A stretch of 64,000 nt of DNA, taken from the IMG/VR virus record IMGVR_UViG_3300021387_000161, positions 64,001-128,000 of that record; one strand, given 5' to 3'. Every line of letters begins with the position of its first letter. Positions within the stretch are counted from its first letter, which is position 1. The notes beneath the pieces were generated by a model, which was not told where the DNA came from, did no database searches, and saw nothing but the letters and a program-made list of their open reading frames with translations. This stretch comes from a virus (lineage: Duplodnaviria; Caudoviricetes). Positions 38,949-48,242 of the stretch are shown here, piece after piece. Position numbers and translations under genes: made by a program.

Positions 38949-39704
38949 CTATTCACCAAAATTATACATTAAATCTTCAGCTAATGCTTCTACTAATTTT
39001 TGTGCATACATATCGTAAGAAGTAGTGCCTCCATCTTCTTTACACCAATCTAAATTATATTCTGGTATTTCTGAAGCAACCACTTGTGCGATATTAGTAA
39101 TAAACTCATTATCTAATTTATCTCTTAAAAAATTAACTACTTTGTTATAAATATCATCTTCAATATCTTCAGTTAATTCTTTAGATTCATTTTTGATACG
39201 CTCGTCATGATACTTTTTAGCATCATCAAATACACCACCAGGTTTATAAACATAAATAGAAGTTTGAGGTTTATAGTAGGATCTATTTTTGCCAAACGAG
39301 TTCTTCCATTCATTACATGCCGCTCTTGCTTCTTCCTTTGAATCAAATAAGGTACCATTTAAATCATTACCACCGACGAATCCCCCTCGTGTAGTAACAA
39401 TATATTTTTTCCCTGATTCATCCTCGTTTAAAACTTCATTTAAATCTTCTGAATGACCTTCATCCTCACCATTATCTATAGAATAGAAATATCCATCTTT
39501 TCTTGCCTGATTAATATCTTCTTTTGAACCCATGAATCTATACAAGCATTCATCGCCTTGTCTACCCATTTTTTGACATTCAAGATTATATTCAGCAGCA
39601 AACTCAAATGGATCTTCTTCAGTTTGACCCCACCATTCATCTACATATGATTCATTAAGTTTATATTTTCTTTCTAAACTTTCTACTAAGTTTCTCATTC
39701 TCAT
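38949..39704 (-). CDS. Hypothetical protein, candidate internal head polyprotein
   Basis: N-terminal MRMRNLVESLERKYKLNES, similar to the adjacent gene; internal LNEVLNED and LTED. Confidence 0.5.
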   Translation of the reverse strand: MRMRNLVESLERKYKLNESYVDEWWGQTEEDPFEFAAEYNLECQKMGRQGDECLYRFMGSKEDINQARKDGYFYSIDNGEDEGHSEDLNEVLNEDESGKKYIVTTRGGFVGGNDLNGTLFDSKEEARAACNEWKNSFGKNRSYYKPQTSIYVYKPGGVFDDAKKYHDERIKNESKELTEDIEDDIYNKVVNFLRDKLDNEFITNIAQVVASEIPEYNLDWCKEDGGTTSYDMYAQKLVEALAEDLMYNFGE

Positions 39705-39707
39705 TTT

Positions 39708-40811
39708 TTATATCCAATCTATTGTTGAATTAAATATATTACTTGTTTCATTTTCTACTTTATCACGATAATTATCAAGACGGTTTAACTCATATTGGGC
39801 AATATATTGTAAATCACTAGTTTTTCTATCATCTGTTCTATTAGGATCATTAACAATCCTACCTACAGATCTTACTATATCTGTATATACACTCACATAA
39901 TTACGTAACAGAGAAGCAATATCATTAACTCTTCCGTAGTCATTATAAGAGCTTATATCGTGATCACCTGAATCATCACTAGGTAATATATTAATATTTG
40001 ATGTGTAATTACCTAATTCTTGATATGCATCTTTTATATAAATCTCATGTTCTTTTAAGAGTTGAGGAAGTTTATTAACTTTTAATTTATTTAATTCATC
40101 TGCATATCTTTCGATAGAAGGAATTTGTTCATAGCCTGATTTATCAACGCCTGAACGCCAGTTTTTTCTTCTAAATAAATCTCTATTATCTCTATCAAAA
40201 TATTTACCAGATCTATTAGAACTTTTATCAACATTTGCTCTACTGCGTTGCTTGTCCATAGAAAAATTATTCGGATCATTTCCGTCAATATAGGCAAAAG
40301 ATTTACATTGTGGTAATAATTTATCTATGTCATAAGCACCAAATGTTTTTCTACCACCAAGTTTTTCATCATCATTAAAACCTGGAGCGTATACTTTCCC
40401 ATTATCAAATAATAATATAGGAATATTAGGAGATTGCATCCTAGGATCATTAGATGATTTTGGAACAGGTCCTTCTATAACTTTTACAGTATCTAAACTT
40501 ATACCCCTATCTCTGAATTTAGAAAATAAAGATGGATCTGGATCATATGGATCTAAATTTCTGTATTCCGGCTTGTCACCAAACTCAGGATTTTTCTTGT
40601 CATAATCACCCCTTCTTAACTTCTGTCTAGGCTCATGTGCATTGCCACCAAGATCTCTTTGGACAAGATTACCCGTGTTAGAATATTTTGTGGTTAACAA
40701 TCTTTTTTCTAGCCAATCTGGCATATCATCACTTATCTTTTCTGTTAATGATCTACTTTCATGTAGTTTATATTTATTTTCAAGACTTTCAGTTAAATCT
40801 TTTATTCTCAT
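39708..40811 (-). CDS. Hypothetical protein, candidate internal head protein
   Basis: N-terminal MRIKDLTESLENKYKLHESRSLTEK. Confidence 0.5.
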   Translation of the reverse strand: MRIKDLTESLENKYKLHESRSLTEKISDDMPDWLEKRLLTTKYSNTGNLVQRDLGGNAHEPRQKLRRGDYDKKNPEFGDKPEYRNLDPYDPDPSLFSKFRDRGISLDTVKVIEGPVPKSSNDPRMQSPNIPILLFDNGKVYAPGFNDDEKLGGRKTFGAYDIDKLLPQCKSFAYIDGNDPNNFSMDKQRSRANVDKSSNRSGKYFDRDNRDLFRRKNWRSGVDKSGYEQIPSIERYADELNKLKVNKLPQLLKEHEIYIKDAYQELGNYTSNINILPSDDSGDHDISSYNDYGRVNDIASLLRNYVSVYTDIVRSVGRIVNDPNRTDDRKTSDLQYIAQYELNRLDNYRDKVENETSNIFNSTIDWI

Positions 40812-40825
40812 TATTTATACCTTTA

Positions 40826-41359
40826 TTAAAGTTCTGCTTCTTCGGAGTCATTAGATGTAGGTTGTCTAAATAAATGTTCCTTATACCAAGGTATTTCATT
40901 CTTTTTACATTTTAATCTAGTACCACCTGTTCTTTCTTCAGCATATATAATAACATCATCATTACTACCAAATATTTTTTCTCCAAGTATTCTTACAGAA
41001 TTAGGTAAAAATACCTGTTTAAGTTGTGGACAATCACTAAAAGCGTTATCCCCTATAGTTGATACTGAATCTCCTATATTCACTGAAGTCAAGTTAGCAC
41101 AATTATAAAAAGCTCTATTTCCTATTTTCGTTATATGATCAGGTATAGTTATTGTATCAAACTCAGCACCATTAAACATACCAGCAGGTATTGATTCAAT
41201 ATAGTTAAATACATCTATACCATTCTCCATTAAGAATTGCATTATACGACCTAACATATTACTCTGAGTATTTTTACAAAACCCAACTATATCATTATTT
41301 TTTAAATATTGTTTACCGTCTGTTATTTTCTGCTTTTCATCGTCTGTTAATTTTATCAT
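40826..41359 (-). CDS. BspA-type leucine-rich repeat protein (LRR_5)
   Basis: ITIPDHITKIGNRAFYNCANLTSVNIGDSVSTIGDNAFSDCPQLKQVFLPNSVRILG. Confidence 0.9.
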   Translation of the reverse strand: MIKLTDDEKQKITDGKQYLKNNDIVGFCKNTQSNMLGRIMQFLMENGIDVFNYIESIPAGMFNGAEFDTITIPDHITKIGNRAFYNCANLTSVNIGDSVSTIGDNAFSDCPQLKQVFLPNSVRILGEKIFGSNDDVIIYAEERTGGTRLKCKKNEIPWYKEHLFRQPTSNDSEEAEL

Positions 41360-41371
41360 TTATTACTACCT

Positions 41372-42322
41372 TTAAAAATCAAATATTCTTGATTGTTTCT
41401 TTCCCTTTAAATGTTTTATTAAGTCTAAAGATCTTAATCCGCCTTTAAATAATAACCATACGGCACCAGGAACTTTTATTTCTGGTGCTTCTGCTACATC
41501 ACCGAAGTGATCGAAATCAGCATCAGTCATTACTATAACATTATCAGGTTTCGTTGACATGATATGATATATAAGATCAGCTCCTGCACCAGTACCCCTC
41601 TCTTGTCTAGCTGGCTCTGGAGTATCGTGGATATGATTTGCAAAATAATACAAATCAATTTCTATCTCTCCACGATCAACATAGTTATTTAATATACCTA
41701 TTGCTTCTTCGCCTAGTTTAATATCATTTGAACCCCAACTTGCTGATTGGTCAAAGTAAACATTTATTTTAGGAATCTTTGTATTATCATCAATCATACG
41801 TCCAGGTCTTATAATTCCTGAACCTTCGTAAGACGGATCTTCTCTTTTATAAGTTCTATCTCTTATTTCTTTAACTTGATTAGCAATAAATCTATTTAAT
41901 GACTGTCTAAACTTTTGCATAGAAGAAGAATACTTCTTCCGTTCTTTTTCACTTGCACTCTTTTTATCTCTATATTTTTTCTTTGTTTCTTTATCAAGAT
42001 GATGTTTATCTTCAGATGATATTTCATCTGCCATAGAATCATCACCAAGCATATTTTTTATATCATCTAATCTTTGTTGACGCTCTTCTTCTGTTTCTTC
42101 TTCATACTCATCATCTTCTTCTTTTTCTTTTTCTATTTGAGCATCACGTTCTTCTTGTTCTTTATTTTGAAACTCCTCATCACCTTTATCACCTATTTGA
42201 GGAGTTGTATTACCAATTTTAACTAATTGTGTACCATCAAATATGTACATATCTCCAGTAGCATCATCTACATAAATATGTACATCTCTTTCATTGGTAT
42301 TTTGTTTTACATTATCTGGCAC
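41372..42322 (-). CDS. vWA-like domain protein (MoxR partner)
   Basis: MIDAS-like VYFDQSASW, GTG and VIVMTDAD; RTYKR...IRPG preceding the domain as in DUF2201-type proteins; GTG start with SD AGAGGAG. Confidence 0.75.
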   Translation of the reverse strand: MPDNVKQNTNERDVHIYVDDATGDMYIFDGTQLVKIGNTTPQIGDKGDEEFQNKEQEERDAQIEKEKEEDDEYEEETEEERQQRLDDIKNMLGDDSMADEISSEDKHHLDKETKKKYRDKKSASEKERKKYSSSMQKFRQSLNRFIANQVKEIRDRTYKREDPSYEGSGIIRPGRMIDDNTKIPKINVYFDQSASWGSNDIKLGEEAIGILNNYVDRGEIEIDLYYFANHIHDTPEPARQERGTGAGADLIYHIMSTKPDNVIVMTDADFDHFGDVAEAPEIKVPGAVWLLFKGGLRSLDLIKHLKGKKQSRIFDF

Positions 42323-42324
42323 TT

Positions 42325-42972
42325 TTAAACTCCTCTTGTAGGTACAAACTGACTACCGTCCCACTCGAAAGTTTTTCCAGTAGATATGTCCCTAAATAAT
42401 TGACCCTTATCTGGTACTTTAAATTTTGGACGAGGTTTAGAATCATTTTTTTGATTGTTAGGCGGTTGTTGATTACTTTGATTATTAGATTGTTGCTGAT
42501 TGCTTTGATCTGATGTTTGTTCTTGACCATTTTCATTAGAATTATCTGAATTTGCGTTGGAACTTTCTGATGAAGCATCTCCACTATCACCCTGGTTAGA
42601 ACTACCATCTTCTTGATTATTTTGAGAATTACCTTGTTGAGATCCTTGTTGATTATTATCATTTGATGATTGTTGGCCACCACTTTGGTTATTAGATTGT
42701 TGATTACCCTGGTTGCCACCACCTGATGATTGTTTCCCATTCCCACCAGCACTAGAAGATTGTGATTGATTAGATTGCTTGTTATCTTTATCCTCACCGC
42801 TACTAGAGCTACTTTGGTTATCTTTTGAATCTTCGCCATTAAGACTACCAAAGTTTGATTTCTTTAACTCATAAGGATTTCCATTCATATCTAGAAATGT
42901 TTGAAGATCTTGTATGGACCCATGATGGATATGAGTTCCTTTTAACTTATTTCTAACTTCATCCATATCCAT
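42325..42972 (-). CDS. Q/N/S/G-rich low-complexity protein
   Basis: 215 aa; long polar low-complexity tract; short folded-looking C-terminus; SD GAGGAG. Confidence 0.6.
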   Translation of the reverse strand: MDMDEVRNKLKGTHIHHGSIQDLQTFLDMNGNPYELKKSNFGSLNGEDSKDNQSSSSSGEDKDNKQSNQSQSSSAGGNGKQSSGGGNQGNQQSNNQSGGQQSSNDNNQQGSQQGNSQNNQEDGSSNQGDSGDASSESSNANSDNSNENGQEQTSDQSNQQQSNNQSNQQPPNNQKNDSKPRPKFKVPDKGQLFRDISTGKTFEWDGSQFVPTRGV

Positions 42973-43668
42973 TTAAAATCTCCTCTCAAGCTCATCCAAA
43001 ATTTCTTGTGATGAATATATAGTTCCATCACTACTTATAAATACATCTACACCAAATGATTTAGCAACATCTGCAACGGTTTTATCGTGTTCTGAAAGCA
43101 TATAACCAGAAATAACATTATCTTCTGGTTTTTGATTCTGCCTTTCTTGTCTCAACTTACCAAACATTTCTTCTACAGATAAATCTACCCAATCAGGATG
43201 ATCATCTTCTGTTACTAATCCAGATAATGTTCTACCATTTAACATAATGTTTCTAATGGTTTTTTTATCCCTTTCAGTATAACCTCTATTAGAAATTTCA
43301 TAATCTGCTGCAATATTAAAATCTACATTTTTATGTAAATCTTTTTTAAGCTCGTTTATAGTTAAATCATCTAAATCATCTGGATCTAATCCTCTATCTC
43401 TTGCAAGTTTATCTAATAATCTTTTCTCATGTCTTAAATAGTCATGAAGTATCTCATGTCTTATTATAACAGATATTTGATTCTCATCTAACCCTCTATT
43501 AGCAACAATTACGCCTCTGTTAGGATCAAGATAAGCTACTACACTTGGATCACTTGTAAAGTTAAACTCAAATTTTGAAAATATCTTTGCGTATGTAGGG
43601 TACCCATCTGAAGCTAAAACTCTACCAAGGTAATTCTTTGCTATTTTTTCTTCTTTTGTCATAGACAT
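42973..43668 (-). CDS. Zincin-like metallopeptidase (DUF2201 N-terminal type)
   Basis: HEILH (HExxH) followed by NIAADYEIS. Confidence 0.8.
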   Translation of the reverse strand: MSMTKEEKIAKNYLGRVLASDGYPTYAKIFSKFEFNFTSDPSVVAYLDPNRGVIVANRGLDENQISVIIRHEILHDYLRHEKRLLDKLARDRGLDPDDLDDLTINELKKDLHKNVDFNIAADYEISNRGYTERDKKTIRNIMLNGRTLSGLVTEDDHPDWVDLSVEEMFGKLRQERQNQKPEDNVISGYMLSEHDKTVADVAKSFGVDVFISSDGTIYSSQEILDELERRF

Positions 43669-43685
43669 TATATAACTACCTCATA

Positions 43686-44789
43686 TTACAAAAGATCTGA
43701 GATTTGATCGTATATACTCTTCTGAGCTCTCTGTGCAGCTTTTGCCGCCGCAAATGGATTTTCATCACCATACTTCAATGCATCGTTAGCTTTATCATCT
43801 ACATCTACATAGTCAGATAATATATCTTCCACTACATTTAATTTTTCTGGATTACAGAAACCACTCCAGTTATCAAGTAATGATTCCTTTGTACCATCAG
43901 TAGCAGTTAATAAACGTGAAAAAGATCTAGGATTAAGAACTGGAATACCTTCGTCTTGTGCAATTTCTTCCTCTTCATCACCATCAAATTCAAATCTTGG
44001 ATCTGATAATAACTTTTTAGCTAATTCTAATCTTCCTCTTATTACAGGAATTCTTTCAGGTTTACCAAGCTCTTTTAATTTTTCAATTTGTTTACCAAAC
44101 TTATACTCAAAGTGTTCAATACTTTCCTGAGGATTAGATTCTACTTCTACTGTTTTAAATCTTGATCTCATCGGGTTATCTAAGCTGTTAACTTCATTAC
44201 CTGATTTATTAGGATTTATAGCAGCGATAGTAAATAAAAATCCTTTTAATAATCTTTTACCGGAAGGTTGTGTCTGGTCATTTATAACATGGTCATTAAT
44301 TAATGTTAATAAAGCACCAGCTACATCTTTTCTAGCTCTGTTTAATTCATCTAAGAATAATACAGAATTAGGTTTATCTAATTCATCAAATTCTGTATTT
44401 GATAATTTAGTAACTGTGTTAGTAGCGTTACCTTCATCATCATATCTTCTTGCTACTACACCACCTAAATCTGAAGGATCCATAGTTTTAGCATCTTTTT
44501 CTACTAAGTTAATGCCTCTTTGTTGTGCCCATTTTTTAACGGTATAGGTTTTTCCTGTACCACCTCTTCCAACAAATAGTACATTAACGCCACCAATCTC
44601 ACCAAAGTCATTGGCTTCTCTAGCAGCTTCTAATGCCTTATCTAATTCTCTACCCATCATTCCAAGAGGTTCTTCGCCGTCTATAACTTGGCCTGCTTTT
44701 ATATCTTTAGCAGCAGATTTAACTTGACCCCCATATTCTTTAGCTGCTTGTTCTATAGTAGCCTCATTTAAAGCTTTGTTAATCTTCAT
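43686..44789 (-). CDS. MoxR-like AAA+ ATPase
   Basis: Walker A GRGGTGKT, Walker B LFLDELNRA, AAINP, LDNPMRSRF, NPRS. Confidence 0.85.
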   Translation of the reverse strand: MKINKALNEATIEQAAKEYGGQVKSAAKDIKAGQVIDGEEPLGMMGRELDKALEAAREANDFGEIGGVNVLFVGRGGTGKTYTVKKWAQQRGINLVEKDAKTMDPSDLGGVVARRYDDEGNATNTVTKLSNTEFDELDKPNSVLFLDELNRARKDVAGALLTLINDHVINDQTQPSGKRLLKGFLFTIAAINPNKSGNEVNSLDNPMRSRFKTVEVESNPQESIEHFEYKFGKQIEKLKELGKPERIPVIRGRLELAKKLLSDPRFEFDGDEEEEIAQDEGIPVLNPRSFSRLLTATDGTKESLLDNWSGFCNPEKLNVVEDILSDYVDVDDKANDALKYGDENPFAAAKAAQRAQKSIYDQISDLL

Positions 44790-44797
44790 TAAAATCC

Positions 44798-45313
44798 TTA
44801 TTCCGAATCTTTCTGTTTTAATAATTCTGCTTTTATTTTACTAACTGGGGTATTCTTAAGAGAACTTACTCGTTTAAGTCTCCAATCTTCATGTTTGAGC
44901 ATATCCTCTGTGATTATTTCATCTTTATCAAATCCTGCCCAGTTCTTGTAATATTCTACTACTCTTTGTAAATGTTCATCTGGATCCCAGCCACGTCTCT
45001 TTGGTTCTGACATCTTTTTCTCACACCCCTCTAAGGATTCATTTATATTATCTTCTTTTCCTAATACTATTGCTTTCGCTTTAGCAGGAGGTATATCTTG
45101 CTGTAATAACTCGTAAAATTCATCCATAGCTTCTTCGTTTGTTTTTTCTACTGGTAATTCGTTTGAATCTATCATATCTTCAACTTCACCAGCAGATATT
45201 TTTGCATCGGCTATATCAGTGGATAAATCTTCATTTAATATTTTATTACTATCTTGTAATTCAATATTGTATTTATTTTTAAGGCTTTTATAAATAGCAC
45301 TTTCAAAACTCAT
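44798..45313 (-). CDS. Hypothetical protein, candidate internal head protein
   Basis: 171 aa; ILNED and INES sites; first gene after the TGCTAAATTA motif. Confidence 0.45.
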   Translation of the reverse strand: MSFESAIYKSLKNKYNIELQDSNKILNEDLSTDIADAKISAGEVEDMIDSNELPVEKTNEEAMDEFYELLQQDIPPAKAKAIVLGKEDNINESLEGCEKKMSEPKRRGWDPDEHLQRVVEYYKNWAGFDKDEIITEDMLKHEDWRLKRVSSLKNTPVSKIKAELLKQKDSE

Positions 45314-45360
45314 TAGTTATCCTTTTAAGATAATTTAAAATACTTCATAATATTATATAA

Positions 45361-45370
45361 TAATTTAGCA
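45361..45370 (-). promoter_or_regulatory. TGCTAAATTA motif (candidate late promoter)
   Basis: Just downstream of a terminator and upstream of the 45313-to-neck/tail gene run. Confidence 0.6.
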
Positions 45371-45392
45371 TTATTTGTTAATATTTTATACT

Positions 45393-45422
45393 AAAAAAGT
45401 GACTAAAACTTATAGTCACTTT
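45393..45422 (-). terminator. Intrinsic terminator ending the accessory block
   Basis: AAAGTGACTA / TAGTCACTTT stem with T-run on the minus strand. Confidence 0.7.
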
Positions 45423-45574
45423 AATTCAACCCTAACCCCAACTTTTATATCTTTATTTGTACTATTATATTTTGCTACTTCTGCAAATCTTACAGCAGTA
45501 TTTTCGTCTGTAAACTCAAATGTTTCGTTTTCTATATATACTATATATACAAATTCTTTTTTATTCTTTGTCAT
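45416..45574 (-). CDS. Small hypothetical protein (52 aa)
   Basis: Manual translation MTKNKKEFVYIVYIENETFEF...VRVELK; fills the gap, overlapping the previous stop. Confidence 0.45.
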   Translation of the reverse strand: MTKNKKEFVYIVYIENETFEFTDENTAVRFAEVAKYNSTNKDIKVGVRVELK

Positions 45575-45971
45575 CTTCAATATTTTCTTCTACTACTTCT
45601 AAATCTGGTACTTGTGGTTCAGATTCAGATTCTGGAACTATGATATAATCAGTATAATTAAACCATTCATCGTATACGATATTTCCCAAGATTCTTACTG
45701 GGGCATCTGTATTTTGTACAGCTACTCTAACATATTGATCTGTTAATTCTTTGAACTCTTCTACGTGTAATGTTGACATCAAATCAATAAGAGATCTTGT
45801 CCCATCAAATTCAGTATCATTAAGATCGTAATCTCCATAATTACAACCCCAACCATCACCTGAAATAACTAATCTTAAAATGAGTTTATTTTCTTCATGT
45901 CTTAAAATAGCATTTTCAATTTTACCATTAAGAATAACATAATTTTCTTCATTCAATGTTTTTAAATTCAT
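45561..45971 (-). CDS. Hypothetical protein
   Basis: 136-aa ORF coupled to the phosphoesterase gene. Confidence 0.55.
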   Translation of the reverse strand: MNLKTLNEENYVILNGKIENAILRHEENKLILRLVISGDGWGCNYGDYDLNDTEFDGTRSLIDLMSTLHVEEFKELTDQYVRVAVQNTDAPVRILGNIVYDEWFNYTDYIIVPESESEPQVPDLEVVEENIEDDKE

Positions 45972-46545
45972 TAAGTTTATATTCCTCTCTATATTCTTTA
46001 AATCTTATCTTTATATCATTTATAACAGATTCAATACTAATTGGTTTACATTCTTGTGCATCTAATGACACATTATACATAAATGGTGAATCATCATAAA
46101 ATTTATTTTTATCATGAGTGTGTCCATGTAAATTTAAAACTCTTTGTTTCAATGCCTTATCGTCATAATTAGTTGTTATAGTAGGGTAATGTGAAAGAAA
46201 AAAATGATAACCATTATATTTTAGCATTTCAGCATACCCTATAACATTAAACCCACAATCATGATATATACTAATTCTATTATAAGAATCATGATTACCT
46301 AATATAATATTTATATTCCCTTGTAACTCTGATAACAAATATTTATTTTCTAATAGTTTATCTTGACTTGGTCCTCCTAAACATAAATCGCCAAGTATAT
46401 AGACAATATCATCTTTAGATATAAATTTATTATACGCTTCAATTATTGATTCATTCATTTCTATAACATTATGAAATCCTCTTGGTTTGTATAAAAACTC
46501 TTTATCATGATTAAAATGTAAATCTGATGTAAACCAAATAGTCAT
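45949..46545 (-). CDS. Calcineurin-like metallophosphoesterase
   Basis: SDLHFNH, LGD, GNHD, HYP and HGHTH motifs. Confidence 0.9.
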   Translation of the reverse strand: MTIWFTSDLHFNHDKEFLYKPRGFHNVIEMNESIIEAYNKFISKDDIVYILGDLCLGGPSQDKLLENKYLLSELQGNINIILGNHDSYNRISIYHDCGFNVIGYAEMLKYNGYHFFLSHYPTITTNYDDKALKQRVLNLHGHTHDKNKFYDDSPFMYNVSLDAQECKPISIESVINDIKIRFKEYREEYKLNEFKNIE

Positions 46546-46547
46546 AA

Positions 46548-47030
46548 TTATCTCCTATAATCTATATGCAGTATATCCAAATATGGATTAATACCTAATC
46601 CTACTTCATCATTAGTTGGATCAGTAAATCTTTTGTAAGCATTTTTTATAACTTTCTCAGGAACTCTTCTTATGCCTTCTCTTAAAGAATTTCTCTGTAA
46701 GCAAACATTCAATGGAGTATTCATAACTATAGGAACTATATCAACCCCCTCTAAGTTTAAAGAATTCATTAACTTTAATCTTGATACACCAGTAAGATGT
46801 GTTGCATCAGCATATACGTTTTTACCACTATCCAATTCCTTCTGTATAGTTTCTGTAAAAAGTTTAAATACTTCGTCCTCTTTATCAAAGTACTTATCAT
46901 TATCTTCTAGTAATGAAAACCTTATATCATCTCTAGAAACGACAACAGAGTTTTTTAAATTATCTATATTTCTTAAAAAATAACTTTTACCAGAACCAGG
47001 ACATCCTACCATGATAAAAAGAACTGACAT
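46548..47030 (-). CDS. Polynucleotide kinase-like P-loop kinase (AAA_33)
   Basis: GCPGSGKS, SRDDIR, DATHL, RNSLR; start moved from 47111 to MSVLF at 47030 (SD AAGGAG). Confidence 0.85.
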   Translation of the reverse strand: MSVLFIMVGCPGSGKSYFLRNIDNLKNSVVVSRDDIRFSLLEDNDKYFDKEDEVFKLFTETIQKELDSGKNVYADATHLTGVSRLKLMNSLNLEGVDIVPIVMNTPLNVCLQRNSLREGIRRVPEKVIKNAYKRFTDPTNDEVGLGINPYLDILHIDYRR

Positions 47031-47031
47031 A

Positions 47032-48225
47032 CTATTCTCCTTTACGAAGTAAATACTCTCTAGATACATTTTTAAAACTAAACATCGGTTCTGTAGATTT
47101 ATAATATACATAACCTTCTCTTCTACATTTAGTTAATCCTTCACAAACTTGTGAATCATAATAACCGTCTGCAGTTAATTTAAACTCTTCTAAGTCATCT
47201 GGTAATGTATACAATTCATTTTCAATAGGTACAGATTCCATAAAGTAAGAATCCCAAACCTTCTTAGCATCTCTTATATCATACATACCTTTTTCACTAT
47301 CTATCATATGAAATAGATATAAATGATTTTCTTTTAATTTATGAGGATTACCTTGAATCTTAGGCCCACAAATCTCTCCTTGCCAACATACATAATCTAA
47401 ATCTGTATGCTTTTGAAGATAATCATATAAACATTTTTCTATATTCTTTCGAATAGCCATTTCCCAATATGGATTATCTTCACCAAAAAATGTTTCTTGT
47501 TCTGGTTTTAACATTCTAACATTTCTTGAACACACATAAAATTCAAATTTATTCTTACCTTTTCTTTCAAGAATATATGTAGCACTCGAACCATCACACT
47601 TCTGTGTTCTAATAAACGGAGTTTTATCTTCAAGAACCCATGGCATATTCTCAACTCTTTCTTGATCAGTTTTATGAATATGATCAAATTTAGTAGGAAA
47701 TCTTCTATCATTATCTTTCTTTTTACCATATAAGAAAAACATGATTTTCTTACCAAAAGATCTACGCATCATCCAACGAGCCCATTTTTTCTTAAACACA
47801 TCTGGTCTACGTTGTACCATAGATTGGTATTTATCTATACCTTTTCCTTTTCGCTTATTATCATCAGCTACAGAATATTTAATTCCTAAAATATCTGTAA
47901 CATCTACACCAACTTTATTAGGAACCTCAACATCAAATACATCAATTGGTAATGCTAAACCTTGTGATATAACTTTAAACTTACCAAGCTTCATAGTTTT
48001 AACTTTAAAATGCTTTGGTCGTAGAAACTCAGACCATTCCTTCTCCGGAACTTTAGAATCTATTTCGATATATACACATATATCACCCTCATGGAACTCT
48101 CCAATTTTTGCAATACATGTCCAACCTAACACGCCGATAAGTTCAATATTATCAGCACCCTCGATCGGTTTTACCCATTCAATTTTTTCTGTATGTGCTA
48201 ATGCACGCTTACCATTTACTATCAT
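47032..48225 (-). CDS. RNA ligase (Rnl2 / DRB0094-like)
   Basis: N-terminal PIEGADNIE...YIEIDS...SQGL; nucleotidyltransferase motifs KCDGSS, QGEICG, REGYV, FKNVS. Confidence 0.88.
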   Translation of the reverse strand: MIVNGKRALAHTEKIEWVKPIEGADNIELIGVLGWTCIAKIGEFHEGDICVYIEIDSKVPEKEWSEFLRPKHFKVKTMKLGKFKVISQGLALPIDVFDVEVPNKVGVDVTDILGIKYSVADDNKRKGKGIDKYQSMVQRRPDVFKKKWARWMMRRSFGKKIMFFLYGKKKDNDRRFPTKFDHIHKTDQERVENMPWVLEDKTPFIRTQKCDGSSATYILERKGKNKFEFYVCSRNVRMLKPEQETFFGEDNPYWEMAIRKNIEKCLYDYLQKHTDLDYVCWQGEICGPKIQGNPHKLKENHLYLFHMIDSEKGMYDIRDAKKVWDSYFMESVPIENELYTLPDDLEEFKLTADGYYDSQVCEGLTKCRREGYVYYKSTEPMFSFKNVSREYLLRKGE

Positions 48226-48242
48226 AATTTACACCTTAATAA

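Noticed and set aside
42312-42851. 179-aa alternative-frame ORF (also 18596-18793, 19245-19427, 20590-20781, 24706-24888, 39173-39358, 40091-40297, 47508-47756)
   Set aside because: Nested out of frame within better-supported genes; the 179-aa one arises from low-complexity sequence lacking stops
42970-42975. Stop read-through fusing peptidase and low-complexity ORFs
   Set aside because: Stop is TAA and the downstream ATG has its own GAGGAG SD, so independent initiation is simpler
1-44789. Bacterial contractile injection system or tailocin rather than a phage
   Set aside because: Terminase, portal, protease, capsid and neck genes are all present
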